Assembly: GCA_934489945.1 (NCBI GenBank)
Contig: CAKSSY010000004.1
Span: 1-59,654 of the forward strand
From: an uncultured Eubacteriales bacterium
Lineage (GTDB): Bacteria; Bacillota; Clostridia; Oscillospirales; CAG-272
DNA length: 59,654 bases
Reading direction: 5' to 3'
Shown here: positions 37,132 to 48,025 of the stretch, one piece after another
Numbering within the stretch: position 1 is the stretch's first letter
How the letters are laid out: every line of letters starts with the position of its first letter
The notes under the pieces: model-generated
The model's database searches: none
What the model was told of the DNA's origin: nothing
What the model saw: only the letters and a program-made list of their open reading frames with translations
Position numbers and translations under genes: made by a program

Positions 37132-38286
37132 ATGAACAATATAAATGATATAGATACCAATAAAAGAAAGCGACGGGAACTTCCCCTCTTATCCTCGCTT
37201 CTTTCTGTGCTTGTATTGCTGTTTTTTATGACATACATCGTCTGCACCGATGTTTCCTTTTACCGCTATGCGGTGGTGCCGGTCTATGTCCTGACCGTGC
37301 TTTTGCTGATTCGGTCGAGAACTGTCGCTTTTGTAACGGCGATTCCCTGCTTTGTCGCGCTGATAACTGCCTCATCTTCGCCCTTTTTTTCGCTCCTGCT
37401 TGCCATTACCGCCGCGGTCGGATGCGGAGCGTTTGCCATTCGATACGCCAATCGTTTTCTCCTGTTGCTCGCCCCGATCGGTGCTTATGCCATCGCTTTT
37501 GCTTTGACAGAGAATGTCGTGTTATCTTTGCTTGTCTTTGCCCCTGTCCCCGGCGCGATTGTTCTCTTTCTCGCCGTTCGTAAGGGACTGTCGCGCACCG
37601 CGACGGTTGCCTCGGTTGCAACTGTACTGGTGGCAATTGCCGCCTTCGTCTTGTTTTTGACGGTTCACCTGAAATACGGGAATGTTACAGTAAAGTTTTT
37701 CACCGACTTCCTCACCTCATTCCGCGATAAGATGATTGAAAAATATATTGACGCCGTCAAGACGGCAGGGCTCTCTCATGTTATGACAGTGGATAAAGAT
37801 GTGTTGAACGCCGCCATCAACCTTCTGATTCGTCTGATTCCCGCGGGGGTTGTGCTCATAGCGGAAATCATGGCTTACTTTTCCGGTCTCATTGCCGTTT
37901 CCATGCACAGCGTGTATTTTCCGGAACAACCGCTTTCGCACGAGGTTCTGACATTCCGCATGAGTAGTGTCTCGGCAGTTATGTTTTTGCTCTCCTTCCT
38001 TGCATTTCTTCTCTTTCCCACCGATTCAAACACGTTCGGCATCGTATCCGTTTCCGCAATGAATCTTAATCTGATTCTCATTCCGGGGCTCGCCCTTTGC
38101 GGAATTTTGAATTTCCTCGCAAACCTCAGACAAAGGAAACAGATCTCCCTGATTCCGACGCTTCTGTTCCTTGCCGTTCTGATTTTTTATACCGCAGTCA
38201 TCCCTTACATCCTTGCTTTTTCGGGCGCGTTCGCCATTCTGCGTACGGGAAGAAAACGCAGAGATGATGAAAACGGCAGTCTATGA
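37132..38286 (+). CDS. YybS-like polytopic membrane protein (DUF2232-like)
   Basis: 384 aa with many hydrophobic helices. Assigned mainly from the conserved position directly upstream of gdpP-rplI-dnaB. Confidence 0.55.
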   Translation: MNNINDIDTNKRKRRELPLLSSLLSVLVLLFFMTYIVCTDVSFYRYAVVPVYVLTVLLLIRSRTVAFVTAIPCFVALITASSSPFFSLLLAITAAVGCGAFAIRYANRFLLLLAPIGAYAIAFALTENVVLSLLVFAPVPGAIVLFLAVRKGLSRTATVASVATVLVAIAAFVLFLTVHLKYGNVTVKFFTDFLTSFRDKMIEKYIDAVKTAGLSHVMTVDKDVLNAAINLLIRLIPAGVVLIAEIMAYFSGLIAVSMHSVYFPEQPLSHEVLTFRMSSVSAVMFLLSFLAFLLFPTDSNTFGIVSVSAMNLNLILIPGLALCGILNFLANLRQRKQISLIPTLLFLAVLIFYTAVIPYILAFSGAFAILRTGRKRRDDENGSL

Positions 38287-38312
38287 CTCTATCGGAAAGG
38301 AGTTCTGAAATC

Positions 38313-40367
38313 ATGAAAAATCATAAACACGGTTTTCCTCCCGTTGACTCGGGACTTCCGCTTCGACTGTGTACCCTTCTCGGCATTTTTCTTTTGGCAG
38401 TCTATACCATCCTCTGTTCGCTCGGAATTTTCCCGGACGACATTGTGGGGATTGTTCTTCTTGCAATTTATCTTGCGGCATCGCTTGCCGGATTTCTCTT
38501 GGATCGTCAAAGCGGTCAGTCAAAAAGCCAACATAATCGGGAAAATATCGCCATGAGTGCCGTAATGGCTCAAACGGTACAAAATATCGGAATCCCTTTT
38601 GTCATTACCGACGGCGACGGAAAAATCATTTGGTACAACGGCGGTTTCTCCCACATGGTAAGAAGAACCAACTCTTTGTTCGGTGTCAGTCTCAGCGAAT
38701 TTTGTCAGATTACACCGCAGGAATTGGTCAAATCCACAAAGCTGTCCATGGAATTTCCTGCCGATCCCCTGACCGAATATGAGGGCGGCAGTATCGTACA
38801 GGTCGGAGAAGGGACTTATACGGTTCATAGCTATGAGTTGCAGGTGGCGGGAAAGAATTATTTCATGACGGTCTTTTCGGACATGACCGATTTCTACGCC
38901 CTTCGAAATAAAATTGAAAAAGAAAAGCCGGTTGTGGCTTACGTCATGATCGACAACCTCGACGAACTGGCACAATATGTCCGCGTGAGTACCCGCGAAG
39001 CGGCAAGTCAGGCGGAAACCGTTTTGAAAAAGTGGGCAGAGAGTATCCATGCTCTCATCCGCGAATATGACAGGGACAAGTACATTATTGTGTTTGCCTG
39101 TGAAGCTCTTGACGACTGTATCCGCGAAAAATTCCCGATTCTTGAACAGATCCGCAATATCCGTCTCGGAGACAGCAGTATTCCCATTACCGTCTCGATC
39201 GGTGTTTCGGCACTGGGAGACACTATGGCGGAACGGGAAAAGAATGCCAGATCCGCATTGGACATGGCACTGCAACGCGGGGGAGATCAGGTTGCACTCC
39301 GTAACGAAAAGGGGCTTGAATATTTCGGCGGACGAACCAAAAATATCCAGAAAAAAACCAAAGTGCTTGCCCGCGTGATTGCAGGTCAGCTTCTGAATCT
39401 CATCTCCACATCGGGCAACGTTATTATTATGGGACACCGCAATCCCGACTTTGACTCCATCGGAGCCTGTGTCGGACTTGCCCGCCTGTGCCTGCACTGC
39501 GGCGTCAATCCCAAAATCATTATCGACAAAAGCAATGGAAATTTCCGCGATTGTGCCGCCGATCTCCTGTCCGTCGATCTATATAAAGACATTTTCATAG
39601 ATGCTTCCGCCGGCATGGATCTGATTCGATCGGACACACTCCTCATTATTGCCGATGCCAATAACTTCACCATTCTGGAGGAGCCGGCAATTGCGGAAAA
39701 CGTCGCCAATCTTGTCATTATTGACCATCATCGGAAGACAGCAGAATTTAAACGTCAACCGCTGATTGCCTATATCGATCCGTCCGCCTCCTCGGCTTGC
39801 GAGCTGGTTGCCGAAATTCTGGAAGAATGTCTGCCGGCGGGAACTCTCCTGAAAGAAGAATCGACCGTCATTCTCTCCGGTGTCATGGTTGACACCAAAA
39901 ACTTCACACGCTCAACCGGAATCCGAACCTTCTCGGCAGCCCTCTATCTGCGCGGCGAGGGGGGCAACTCCGAAATTGCTCACACCTTTTTCAATGAGGA
40001 TATTGAAGATTTCAATGCCGAGGCGAAATTCGGTTCCAATGTCACAATCTATCGCAATAATATTGCCATTACCACCAGTATGGGAAGCGACAATGCCGAA
40101 GGAGATCGCGTTGCCGCATCCAAAGCAGCTGACAAATTGCTGACCGTCAAAAACGTGGTGGCATCCTTTGCGCTTGTCACCGTGGAAAATGCCATTCATA
40201 TCTCCGCCCGTTCGGACGGCTCCGTCAACGTGCAGTTGATTTTGGAACGACTCAACGGGGGCGGACATTTCAATATTGCCGGTGCCCGTGTACCGGGCAG
40301 AAATATGAAGGAGGCGTTGATCCGCCTGAAAGCGGCGATTGACGACTATCTCGACACCTTATCGTAA
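38313..40367 (+). CDS. gdpP: Cyclic-di-AMP phosphodiesterase GdpP (2 TM, PAS-like, degenerate GGDEF, DHH/DHHA1)
   Basis: ORF 38283..40367. Start preferred at MKNHKH (38313), with AAAGGAG upstream. DHH motifs (GHRNPDFDSIGA, IIDHHR, DT..F) and GGGH in DHHA1. Confidence 0.9.
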   Translation: MKNHKHGFPPVDSGLPLRLCTLLGIFLLAVYTILCSLGIFPDDIVGIVLLAIYLAASLAGFLLDRQSGQSKSQHNRENIAMSAVMAQTVQNIGIPFVITDGDGKIIWYNGGFSHMVRRTNSLFGVSLSEFCQITPQELVKSTKLSMEFPADPLTEYEGGSIVQVGEGTYTVHSYELQVAGKNYFMTVFSDMTDFYALRNKIEKEKPVVAYVMIDNLDELAQYVRVSTREAASQAETVLKKWAESIHALIREYDRDKYIIVFACEALDDCIREKFPILEQIRNIRLGDSSIPITVSIGVSALGDTMAEREKNARSALDMALQRGGDQVALRNEKGLEYFGGRTKNIQKKTKVLARVIAGQLLNLISTSGNVIIMGHRNPDFDSIGACVGLARLCLHCGVNPKIIIDKSNGNFRDCAADLLSVDLYKDIFIDASAGMDLIRSDTLLIIADANNFTILEEPAIAENVANLVIIDHHRKTAEFKRQPLIAYIDPSASSACELVAEILEECLPAGTLLKEESTVILSGVMVDTKNFTRSTGIRTFSAALYLRGEGGNSEIAHTFFNEDIEDFNAEAKFGSNVTIYRNNIAITTSMGSDNAEGDRVAASKAADKLLTVKNVVASFALVTVENAIHISARSDGSVNVQLILERLNGGGHFNIAGARVPGRNMKEALIRLKAAIDDYLDTLS

Positions 40368-40399
40368 CCCAGTAAAATACCGGAAAGGAAATATATATT

Positions 40400-40843
40400 A
40401 TGAAAGTTATTCTTACACAGGATGTAAAAAGCCAAGGCAAAAAAGATCAGATCATTGAGGTTTCGGACGGATACGCCAGAAACTTCCTCTTCCCCAAAAA
40501 ACTTGCCATTCCCGCCGATGCCAAAGCCATCAATGAGGCAAAAAACAAGGAGGCTTCCCGTCTTCACAAGCTGGAAGTAGAAAAGGAACAGGCAATTGAA
40601 CTTGCCGCCAAACTCGACCAAGTCCTTGTAAAACTGACCGGTAAGAGCGGCGTTGACGGCAGACTCTACGGTGCCATCACACCGAAGGATATTGCTGATG
40701 CACTCCGGGAGAATTTCGGTCTGGAAATCGACAAACGGAAAATTGCCATAGCCGATCCAATCAAAACCTTCGGCAAATACGACCTTGATGTCAAACTGTA
40801 TAATGATGTAACCGGAAAGATACACCTTCTTGTCACCGAATAA
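40400..40843 (+). CDS. rplI: 50S ribosomal protein L9
   Basis: 147 aa. [33 protein letters not shown]. Confidence 0.95.
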   Translation: MKVILTQDVKSQGKKDQIIEVSDGYARNFLFPKKLAIPADAKAINEAKNKEASRLHKLEVEKEQAIELAAKLDQVLVKLTGKSGVDGRLYGAITPKDIADALRENFGLEIDKRKIAIADPIKTFGKYDLDVKLYNDVTGKIHLLVTE

Positions 40844-40874
40844 CGCCGTGCAAAACAAGAAAGGCATCTGAAAC

Positions 40875-42215
40875 ATGAATGAAGAATTCACCAAGAAACT
40901 CCCGTTTTCACTGATTGCGGAACAATCCCTTCTCGGTTCGGTTCTGATCGACCCGAATTGTTTAAAGGACATTGCCGATAGAATTACCGCCGAGGATTTC
41001 TACATTACCGAGCATACTCAGATTTATCTCGCCATGCACGAACTGTTCCTGATAAACAGCGAAATTGACGTGGTAACACTCATCGATATGCTTGTCCGCA
41101 AAGGCATCTACGACAAGTCGGGCGGCGAGGAATATCTGAAAACCCTTTGCGAAGTGGTTCCGAGTTCGCTCAATGTCAAAGATTATGCCAAGATTGTCAA
41201 GGAAAAAAGTGTTCTGCGTCAATTGATTGCCGCGTGCAGTGAGATCTCCGAAAGTGCTTACAGCGAACAGGAAGAAGTATCCCGTATTCTGGATGCCGCC
41301 GAGAATAAAATCTTTGCCATAGCCCAAGGACGTGACACCAAGAATTTTCGCCATATCCGCGAAGTCCTCATTGATGTTCACGGTCATTTGCGCGATCTTC
41401 AGGAACGTCCGGAAGAGGTTCAGGGAACCAAAACTGGCTTCTCCGGACTTGACAGAGTCCTCGTCGGTATGGGAAACAGCGACTTGATTCTCGTCGGTGC
41501 CCGCCCCGGTATGGGAAAAACCAGTTTCGTATTGAATATCGGCACCAATGTAGCAATTCAGACGAAAAAAACCGTCTGCATCTTTTCTCTCGAAATGTCC
41601 TGCGAACAGCTGGTTTCGCGTGTTCTTTCCAGTGAAGCCATGGTAGACAGCGTTCTGATGCGGAGCGGAAAGCTCGCGAAGGACGACTGGGACAAGCTGG
41701 CTTCCGTCTCCGCTAAACTCGCCGGAACCGACATTCTGATTGACGACACAACCGGCATCACCGTCACCGGTATGAAGGCAAAACTGCGCCGTGTCAAAAA
41801 CCTCGGATTGGTGATTATCGACTATTTGCAGCTTATGCAGAGTGACGGTCAAAACGATAACCGCGTGCAGGAAGTTTCGGAAATCTCCCGCTCGCTCAAA
41901 CTGATGGCAAAAGAACTCAATGTTCCGGTTATTTGTTGCGCTCAGTTGTCCCGTGGACCGGAATCCCGTACCGACAAAAAACCGATGTTGTCCGACCTTC
42001 GTGACTCGGGTGCCATTGAGCAGGATGCCGATGTCGTCATGTTCCTATACCGTGACGAATACTATAAAACCGACGGCAAATCGCAGGATGCCAGCATCGC
42101 CGAGGTCATTGTTCAGAAAAACCGTCACGGGTCCACCGAAACGGTAGAGATGGGTTGGATCGGACGCTATACCAAGTTTATGACCAAAGCGGAAGACCAC
42201 TTGCAGGAGCCATAA
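40875..42215 (+). CDS. dnaB: Replicative DNA helicase (DnaB family; DnaC in B. subtilis nomenclature)
   Basis: 446 aa. PFSLIAEQSLLGS at the N-terminus, Walker A GARPGMGKTSF, Walker B IIDYLQL. No intein. Confidence 0.95.
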   Translation: MNEEFTKKLPFSLIAEQSLLGSVLIDPNCLKDIADRITAEDFYITEHTQIYLAMHELFLINSEIDVVTLIDMLVRKGIYDKSGGEEYLKTLCEVVPSSLNVKDYAKIVKEKSVLRQLIAACSEISESAYSEQEEVSRILDAAENKIFAIAQGRDTKNFRHIREVLIDVHGHLRDLQERPEEVQGTKTGFSGLDRVLVGMGNSDLILVGARPGMGKTSFVLNIGTNVAIQTKKTVCIFSLEMSCEQLVSRVLSSEAMVDSVLMRSGKLAKDDWDKLASVSAKLAGTDILIDDTTGITVTGMKAKLRRVKNLGLVIIDYLQLMQSDGQNDNRVQEVSEISRSLKLMAKELNVPVICCAQLSRGPESRTDKKPMLSDLRDSGAIEQDADVVMFLYRDEYYKTDGKSQDASIAEVIVQKNRHGSTETVEMGWIGRYTKFMTKAEDHLQEP

Positions 42216-42218
42216 GCT

Positions 42219-44171
42219 ATGTCATCCTTTACAGAGCCTCATCTTCTCACGAATCTGCCGCCCCAGACCCCGATCCTGCTGGCACTCTCGGGCGGTGCCG
42301 ACTCCAGAGCACTGCTTTCTCTTTTGCTGGATTATGCCGCAAAGACGGGAGCACCGATCTCGGTTGCCCATGTCGATCACGGAATCCGGGGAGAAACCTC
42401 GGCAAGAGACCGGGAGTTCTGTCGTAGGCTTGCCGCGGATGCCGGCATTCCCTTTCACCTTTTGCAGAGCGATGTTCCAACACTTGCCGCTGCCAACCGG
42501 CTGGGGCTTGAGGAACAGGCACGTCGCGTGCGATATGCGTTTTTTGAAACCGTTATGAGGCAGGAACAGATTCCGATTCTCGCCACCGCCCATAACGCAA
42601 CCGACAACGCCGAAACCCTCCTTTTTCGTATGGCTCGCGGCACGGGACTTTCGGGACTTTGCGGCATTTTGCCGAGCCGTCCGATTCCGGGCGGTGTCCT
42701 GATCCGACCGCTTCTCAACATGACCAAAGAAGAAATTCTTGATTACTGCCGCGAACATTCCCTCACCTATGTAACCGACGAAACCAATGACGATATCGAT
42801 TATTCCCGTAATCGTATACGACACAAAGTTCTGCCGGAACTGACAGCAATCAATCCCGCCGCTGTCCGGCACATCGCTTCTCTCGCCCACATTCTCACGG
42901 AGGATGAGAACTGCCTCTCGCAGATTGCCGAACAATTCCTTAAAACTTCCCGGGAAAGCGGTAACGGCATTCCGATCAAGGAACTGACAAAACTTCCGCT
43001 TCCGATTGCCAACCGCGTCATTGCCGGATTTTGCCAAAACCCACCACTCAGTGCCTGTCATCGAAAGGCAGTTCTCGCCCTTTCCGAACGTGCCGTGCCC
43101 CATTCCTCGTTGAATTTGCCGGGCAAAAGAATCGTGCGTATCGAAAACGGAAGACTTCTTCTGGATCCCGCAGGCGGAAAAACATCCCCCGTGTCCTACA
43201 GAATCCCCGTTACAGTCGGCGCGACCCCGATTCCCGAAGCCGATATGCTTCTCGTGATTGACAGTGAAAATGAACCGTATGAAAAGTGGGATTCCGTTAA
43301 AAATATTTACAAAAAGTCAACAACAACCGAGATAAGTTTTGATAGAATATTATGTAGTCTTTTTGTCCGTCCGAGAGAACCCGGAGATGAAATTCTGTAC
43401 CGCGGAATTCATAAGAAGGTCAGAAAACTGCAAGGAGAGACAGGCGTCCCTCCTCATATGCGTTCTTCGCTTCCGCTTCTGTGCGATGACCGGGGGATCC
43501 TTTGGATTCCGTTTTCCGCGCTCCGCGACGGTGCGGCACAAGGTTTCCCGCGTATGCGCGTCACCTTGTTTTTCCATGAAAATCCTGACAACATTCAGAA
43601 AGGCTGTATTATGTCTGACATTGAAAAAGACGTTGAGGAGATACTCGTTGATGAAACCGCCCTGCGGGAAATTGCCGAGCGTCTCGCTGCTCAAATTACC
43701 GAGGATTATCGTAACTCTCCGCGAAAACTCCTCGTTCTCTCCATCCTCAAGGGTTCTATGCCCTTCACTGCCGACCTGATTCGCCGTATTCCGCTTCCGC
43801 TTGAGATTGATTTCATGAAGGTTTCGTCTTATGGAGCAGGCACGGTCTCCAGCGGACAGCTCAAAATCACGCTTGATCTTAATCGTGAAGACATCCGCGA
43901 TTTGGACATCCTCATCGTGGAAGACATTATCGACAGCGGCAATACGCTGTCCAAATTGAAAAAACACCTTGCCGCGAGGGGCGCATACAGTGTCAAGATC
44001 TGTACACTTCTCGATAAACCTTCCCGACGGGAGGTGCCACTGAATGCGGATTACTGCGGTGCGGAGATACCGGATAAATTCGTCATCGGATACGGCTTGG
44101 ATTATGATGAAAAATACCGGAATCTCCCTTACGTCGGTGTTCTGAAAAAAGAGGTCTATTCTCATAACTGA
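42219..44171 (+). CDS. tilS: Bifunctional tRNA(Ile)-lysidine synthase / hypoxanthine phosphoribosyltransferase (TilS-Hpt fusion)
   Basis: 650 aa in one frame. TilS PP-loop LALSGGADS. An Hpt module from the internal Met at 43611 (MSDIEKD...) carries the PRPP loop ILIVEDIIDSGNT. Confidence 0.9.
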   Translation: MSSFTEPHLLTNLPPQTPILLALSGGADSRALLSLLLDYAAKTGAPISVAHVDHGIRGETSARDREFCRRLAADAGIPFHLLQSDVPTLAAANRLGLEEQARRVRYAFFETVMRQEQIPILATAHNATDNAETLLFRMARGTGLSGLCGILPSRPIPGGVLIRPLLNMTKEEILDYCREHSLTYVTDETNDDIDYSRNRIRHKVLPELTAINPAAVRHIASLAHILTEDENCLSQIAEQFLKTSRESGNGIPIKELTKLPLPIANRVIAGFCQNPPLSACHRKAVLALSERAVPHSSLNLPGKRIVRIENGRLLLDPAGGKTSPVSYRIPVTVGATPIPEADMLLVIDSENEPYEKWDSVKNIYKKSTTTEISFDRILCSLFVRPREPGDEILYRGIHKKVRKLQGETGVPPHMRSSLPLLCDDRGILWIPFSALRDGAAQGFPRMRVTLFFHENPDNIQKGCIMSDIEKDVEEILVDETALREIAERLAAQITEDYRNSPRKLLVLSILKGSMPFTADLIRRIPLPLEIDFMKVSSYGAGTVSSGQLKITLDLNREDIRDLDILIVEDIIDSGNTLSKLKKHLAARGAYSVKICTLLDKPSRREVPLNADYCGAEIPDKFVIGYGLDYDEKYRNLPYVGVLKKEVYSHN

Positions 44172-44203
44172 AACACCGAAAATTCTGCCACAAGGAGGCT
44201 AAC

Positions 44204-46261
44204 ATGAAGGGCAACTTCAAGGTCATTCTTTTGTATATCGTCCTGATCCTCATTATCGTCATTTCGGTTTCGGCACTTTTCGGACCAACCAAGAGCGAGA
44301 AAAAACTGTATAACGATATTGTGGAATATTTTAAGACCGACTCGGTCATTTCCTTTACGGTCGATGAGGAAAATTATCTGACGATGAAGGTAGTCGATCC
44401 CGATTCGGCAACGTATGACCCCGAAACCGGCGTTGTAACCGCATATGATAAGGAAAAGACCAAGGACATCGGGTATCAGCTCCGTAGTCTTGATCTGTTC
44501 CATACCGACCTAGAATCCTATATTGCAAACAACCGGAATCTGACCGAATATGAATATGAGCCGGCAACCCGGCTCCCGTGGTGGGTCAGTTTCCTGCCGT
44601 ATGTCATTGTCATCGGAATCTTCATCGCACTTTGGGTATTTACGATGAATCAAACAATGGGCAAGGGCGGCAAACTCAATTCTTTCGGCAAAGCAAGAGT
44701 AAAAACCCCCACAAACGACAAGGAAAAGGTACTGTTTTCCGATGTTGCGGGTGCCGATGAGGAAAAAGAAGAACTGAGAGAAATTGTAGAGTTTCTGCGC
44801 GACCCGAATAAGTTCACCGCATTGGGTGCGAAAATTCCTCACGGTGTCCTTCTTGTAGGACCTCCCGGCACCGGTAAAACTTTGCTTGCCAAGGCAGTGG
44901 CAGGTGAGGCAGGGGTTCCGTTCTTCTCCATTTCGGGATCCGATTTTGTAGAGATGTATGTCGGCGTCGGTGCGTCGCGCGTACGTGACCTTTTTGATAA
45001 TGCCAGAAAATTTCCGGCGTCCATTATCTTCATTGATGAAATTGATGCAGTCGGACGGCACCGTGGTGCAGGTCTCGGCGGCGGACATGATGAACGTGAG
45101 CAGACTTTGAACCAGTTACTCGTTGAAATGGACGGATTTGGCTCCCATGAAGGGATCATCGTAATTGCCGCAACCAACCGCCCGGATATTCTTGACCCCG
45201 CGCTTCTCCGTCCGGGTCGTTTTGATCGTCGCGTCACGGTCAATTACCCCGACATCAAGGGACGCGAGGCAATTCTTCGTGTTCACGCACGCAAAAAGCC
45301 CATGGAACCCGGAGTTGACTTCCGTAGGGTCGCACAGACAACCGTCGGCTTTACCGGAGCAGATCTTGCTAACCTGCTGAACGAAGCGGCACTTCTCGCT
45401 GCCAAACGCCATAAGACACTGATCGGCATGGATGAGATCAATGATTCCTTTATGAAGATCATTCTCGGACCTCAGAAAAAGGCACACGTCCGTAATGAAC
45501 ACGATAATAAACTCACCGCTTATCATGAGGCGGGTCATGCGGTTTCGTCGTATTATTGTGAGCACACCGACCCGGTGAAAATGATTACTATTGTCCCGGC
45601 AGGAAATGCGGGAGGCGTTACCGTCAGCGTGCCGGTTGAGGATACCATGTGCCGTTCCCGTAAAGAAATGTTTGAATCCATCGTCCTATCCCTTGGCGGC
45701 AGAGTTGCCGAGGAACTTGTCATGGAAGACATCTCCACAGGTGCTTCCAGCGATATTCAAAAGGCAACCGCAACAGCACGTAATATGGTAACCCGTTACG
45801 GAATGAGCGAGAAACTCGGCACCGTGTTGTACGGTTCCGAACATTCAAGTGATGAAGTCTTTTTGGGACGTGACTTCAGTAGCGGGAAAGACTACTCCGA
45901 AAAGACGGCGGCTGAAATCGATGACGAAATTCGCGCTCTTATCGAAAAAGCATATAAGAAATGCCGTGAAATCCTCACCGCCCACCGGGACAAACTGGAA
46001 TTTGTCGCACAATATCTGCTGACGCGCGAAACAATGGACGGAGACCAGTTCAAGGCAGCAATGGAAGGCGATGTAACTCCGGAACAGCTTGACGAAATCA
46101 AAGAAGAGAAAAAACGTCGCAGTGCGGAAGAAAACCGTAAACGTGCCGAAGAGTTGAAAAAAGAGGCTGAAGAACCTCAGGATGAAGATGACAATAACGG
46201 CAACGACGGCAATGATGATGATAATCATAACGATACACCGAAAAATATCATAAGACACTGA
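44204..46261 (+). CDS. ftsH: ATP-dependent zinc metalloprotease FtsH
   Basis: 685 aa. Walker [12 protein letters not shown] region, zinc site HEAGHA. Acidic Asp/Asn-rich C-terminal tail. Confidence 0.95.
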   Translation: MKGNFKVILLYIVLILIIVISVSALFGPTKSEKKLYNDIVEYFKTDSVISFTVDEENYLTMKVVDPDSATYDPETGVVTAYDKEKTKDIGYQLRSLDLFHTDLESYIANNRNLTEYEYEPATRLPWWVSFLPYVIVIGIFIALWVFTMNQTMGKGGKLNSFGKARVKTPTNDKEKVLFSDVAGADEEKEELREIVEFLRDPNKFTALGAKIPHGVLLVGPPGTGKTLLAKAVAGEAGVPFFSISGSDFVEMYVGVGASRVRDLFDNARKFPASIIFIDEIDAVGRHRGAGLGGGHDEREQTLNQLLVEMDGFGSHEGIIVIAATNRPDILDPALLRPGRFDRRVTVNYPDIKGREAILRVHARKKPMEPGVDFRRVAQTTVGFTGADLANLLNEAALLAAKRHKTLIGMDEINDSFMKIILGPQKKAHVRNEHDNKLTAYHEAGHAVSSYYCEHTDPVKMITIVPAGNAGGVTVSVPVEDTMCRSRKEMFESIVLSLGGRVAEELVMEDISTGASSDIQKATATARNMVTRYGMSEKLGTVLYGSEHSSDEVFLGRDFSSGKDYSEKTAAEIDDEIRALIEKAYKKCREILTAHRDKLEFVAQYLLTRETMDGDQFKAAMEGDVTPEQLDEIKEEKKRRSAEENRKRAEELKKEAEEPQDEDDNNGNDGNDDDNHNDTPKNIIRH

Positions 46262-46267
46262 TGATAA

Positions 46268-46308
46268 GGGGGCAGTCCGTAGTTTAACAACCGCGGACTG
46301 CCCCTCTT
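46268..46308 (+). terminator. Intrinsic terminator after ftsH
   Basis: 11-bp stem ggggcagtccg / cggactgcccc followed by tcttt. Confidence 0.6.
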
Positions 46309-46327
46309 TAGAAGAAAGGTAATCTCT

Positions 46328-47692
46328 ATGTCGGCGACACAAGAAAAAAGTTTTCTGAAACCGCTCTTTGCCCTTGCGGTTCCGTTCATGCTACAAAGCC
46401 TCATCACTTACGCCGTCGGACTTGCCGATAATGTGATGATCGGATCCCTCGGGGACAGTGCCGTTTCGGGAGTCTACATGGGAAATCAGATTCAGACCGT
46501 CCTTCAGATACTCTGTACGGGCATTGAGATGACGTTGTTGCTTCTGTGTTCTCAGTATTGGGGCAAAAAGGACACTTCCAGTATCCATAAAATCATCTCG
46601 GTCGGGGTACGCTTTTCCTTTGTTCTCGGACTGTTCTTCACCGTAATTTGCGCGACATTTCCGCGTCAGGTCATACGCCTTTTCACGCCGGAACCGGATG
46701 TGATCGCCGCAGGAACGGAATACCTCTCTGTCGTTAGCTTTTCGTTTTTCTTTTTCTTCCTGACACAGGTACTGATTGCCTCCATGCGAAGCGTGGAAAA
46801 CGCCCGTATCGGACTCGTCGTTTCGTTTTGCTCTCTCTGTATCGATGTCGGACTGAATTATTTGCTCATTTTCGGAAAGTTCGGATTTCCTCAATTGGGC
46901 GTGCGCGGAGCGGCAATAGCCACTTTAATTGCAAGAGTAACGGAAACCGCCATTATCGCAACCTATGTCCGATGGATTGACCGAAAACTGCATCTTCGGT
47001 TTTCCGAATTTCTGAAAATCGATAAACCAATTCTGCACGATTTTGTACGTTATGGACTTCCCATTGTTGCAGGACAACTTGTTTGGGGATGTAATCTGCT
47101 GGGAAACGGCATAATTCTCGGACATTTCCCCAAGGCAGTTATAACCGCCGCCAGTCTTGCCAATACCGTCAATTCCCTGATGTATGTAGCAATGAACGGC
47201 ATTTCTGCGGCTGTGGGAATTCTTGTCGGAAAGTCCGTCGGAGCGGGAGATGTGGAGAGAGTCCGTACATATGCCAAAAAGTCACAAATTCTCTTCGTTG
47301 TACTCGGACTTCTAACCTCTCTCTCATTTCGTCTGATCCGGGACCCTTTTCTCTCCCTTTACGACATTTCGGAAGAAGCTGTCTTTTACGGACGGCAATT
47401 TATCGGAATTCTCTGTTTTACCTGTATCGGAACGTGTTATCAGTGCGGCTCACTCAGTGGATTGGTAAAATCGGGCGGCGATGTTCGTTTTGTCTTTCAT
47501 AATGACACAATTTTTGTTTTTCTCGTGGTACTCCCGTCCGCGATTCTGGCAACCCTTCTCGGATGTGAACCATGGATCGTCTTTTTGTGTCTGAAATCCG
47601 ATCAAATTCTGAAATGTATCCCCGCCTTCTTCAAAATCCGCAAATTCGACTGGGTAAAAAACCTCACCGAAAAGAAAAGAACGGAGAATTAA
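46328..47692 (+). CDS. MATE family efflux transporter
   Basis: 454 aa, about 12 TM segments. N-terminal P...Q.L......D..M.G.LG pattern typical of the MatE family. Confidence 0.85.
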   Translation: MSATQEKSFLKPLFALAVPFMLQSLITYAVGLADNVMIGSLGDSAVSGVYMGNQIQTVLQILCTGIEMTLLLLCSQYWGKKDTSSIHKIISVGVRFSFVLGLFFTVICATFPRQVIRLFTPEPDVIAAGTEYLSVVSFSFFFFFLTQVLIASMRSVENARIGLVVSFCSLCIDVGLNYLLIFGKFGFPQLGVRGAAIATLIARVTETAIIATYVRWIDRKLHLRFSEFLKIDKPILHDFVRYGLPIVAGQLVWGCNLLGNGIILGHFPKAVITAASLANTVNSLMYVAMNGISAAVGILVGKSVGAGDVERVRTYAKKSQILFVVLGLLTSLSFRLIRDPFLSLYDISEEAVFYGRQFIGILCFTCIGTCYQCGSLSGLVKSGGDVRFVFHNDTIFVFLVVLPSAILATLLGCEPWIVFLCLKSDQILKCIPAFFKIRKFDWVKNLTEKKRTEN

Positions 47693-47725
47693 AAGTCTTT
47701 CACATTCTTCATCTGCTTTATTGGC

Positions 47726-47771
47726 AAAAAAGCGTTCCTGCCGTGAATTGCCTACGGCAGGAACGCTTTTT
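47726..47771 (+). terminator. Intrinsic terminator of the MATE gene
   Basis: A-run, 14-bp stem agcgttcctgccgt / acggcaggaacgct, then TTTTT. Confidence 0.75.
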
Positions 47772-47795
47772 CTTTGTTTCCGAATCCCATAAAAA

Positions 47796-47998
47796 GACGG
47801 TGGGTGTAACAAACTCTTTTGAAAATTCTTAACACTGCCGTCAACATTGATCTTGACGACTTGACATCGCCATTTTGCCACAAAAAAATCCGAAAATCAA
47901 AAACCGACAACAAAAGCGACCATAATCGCTTCAAAAACATGGATTGTGATTCCGGTATGTTTTGGGGGCTGTTAAAAACGTTGGTTTTTAACAGCCCC
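47796..47998 (+). repeat. Three-hairpin intergenic repeat element, copy 3 (H1 partly decayed)
   Basis: H1 remnant at 47796-47842 (gacggtgggtgtaacaaactc...gaaaattcttaacactgccgtc). H3 at 47965-47998 (15-bp perfect arms ggggctgttaaaaac), followed by TTTT. Confidence 0.75.
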
Positions 47999-48025
47999 TT
48001 TTACGAAAGGAATCAATCCAATATT

